From a plasmid, in sequence record NZ_CP128206.1: a stretch of 64,000 nt of DNA; one strand, given 5' to 3'. The notes under the pieces were generated by a model that had not been told where the DNA came from, did no database searches, and saw nothing but the letters and a program-made list of their open reading frames with translations. A program made the translations under genes and the position numbers. Within the stretch, counting starts at the first letter, position 1, and each line of letters starts with the position of its first letter. Below, piece after piece: positions 63,561-64,000 of the stretch.

Positions 63561-63634
63561 AGTTTACCACTCGTTTTATTCTCCGGAATTTTGTCAATAT
63601 TCAGCCTGAATATTGACAAACTCCGCTCTGATAT

Positions 63635-64000
63635 TCATTCATATTTCAAGGTCTTAACCGTTTCTTTTGAGCAGGCGGAGAAGTGACGGGAAAGATCACT
63701 GCGGATACGGTCTGAGGCGTAATACATAGTGTATCGATACTCCAGCCCCGGGCTGAAAGGACGGGTCACTACGTTATCTTTTGGCCACAGATGGGCGTTG
63801 AAAGGATCCAGCAAAGCAAGACAAAGCCCGTTGGCAACCAGACCGTATCCGGACAGCGATCGCTGAGTCGCGAACTGGAAGCGGACATCGATGTTGTGTT
63901 CCTCGAGCATGGCTTTATGCCGGTTCCATTCTATGCCGTCTTCATCGACCAGTTTTAGCAGGTTTTCTCCGTTCAGATCCTGAGGGTTAATCACCTCTTT
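63635..64000 (-). CDS. LysR-family regulator, C-terminal substrate-binding domain. Its 5' part lies beyond the window end.
   Basis: 119 aa of ORF to the window edge. Confidence 0.5.
   Translation of the reverse strand, partial: KEVINPQDLNGENLLKLVDEDGIEWNRHKAMLEEHNIDVRFQFATQRSLSGYGLVANGLCLALLDPFNAHLWPKDNVVTRPFSPGLEYRYTMYYASDRIRSDLSRHFSACSKETVKTLKYE

Noticed and set aside
62552-63618. Palindromes considered as LexA (SOS) boxes for the nearby YdjM-like gene
   Set aside because: Neither matches CTGT-N8-ACAG. They are related to each other, not to the LexA consensus.

Overview
The window is a mosaic, plasmid-like accessory region. Its low-GC Vibrionaceae-type backbone is heavily colonised by IS elements, and embedded in it is a high-GC multidrug-resistance island of SXT/IncC type.

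Layout from left to right:
1. A lipoprotein gene, gdhA, and an IS graveyard (IS5/IS903-group elements, an IS4-like fragment and an IS66 fragment).
2. BCCT transporter and MscS channel genes, then a CaCA exchanger gene truncated by an IS3-family element.
3. The IS3 orfB is split by a 20.7-kb composite transposon (12002-32676). The transposon is bounded by two directly repeated 3.2-kb Tn3-family IS-like elements (27-bp GGGGTTCTAGGG... inverted repeats) and flanked by a 5-bp TATTT direct duplication. Its resistance genes are sul2, strA, strB (twice, the second copy frameshifted), tet(A)/tetR, floR and a dfrA. It also carries truncated pecM, merR with a Tn21-type IR, and lysR, a virD2-like ORF, a topoisomerase III fragment and three ISCR2 copies or fragments.
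4. A GAF-PAS-GGDEF-EAL protein gene and a PAS-MCP gene, bracketed by inverted IS3 ends.
5. An unusual minus-strand gene block: a RepA-like hypothetical, a DUF3150 protein, small membrane peptides, a CobS/MoxR-like AAA ATPase, an ISAs1 insertion and a YqaJ-like exonuclease. These are followed by four secreted or lipoprotein genes, a 1466-aa cysteine-rich TraN-like protein with an N-terminal membrane anchor, and two small membrane peptides.
6. A second IS5 copy.
7. A plasmid maintenance and replication module: two serine recombinases flanking a Phd/ParE-type toxin-antitoxin pair, an origin with a DnaA box and seven 22-bp iterons, and a Rep_3-type initiator.
8. A higher-GC block with a P-loop NTPase, a secreted protein, a YdjM-like hydrolase, a gene for a phosphoribosyltransferase (PRTase)-motif protein flanked by palindromes, and a partial LysR-family gene.

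No rRNA, tRNA or CRISPR array was seen.
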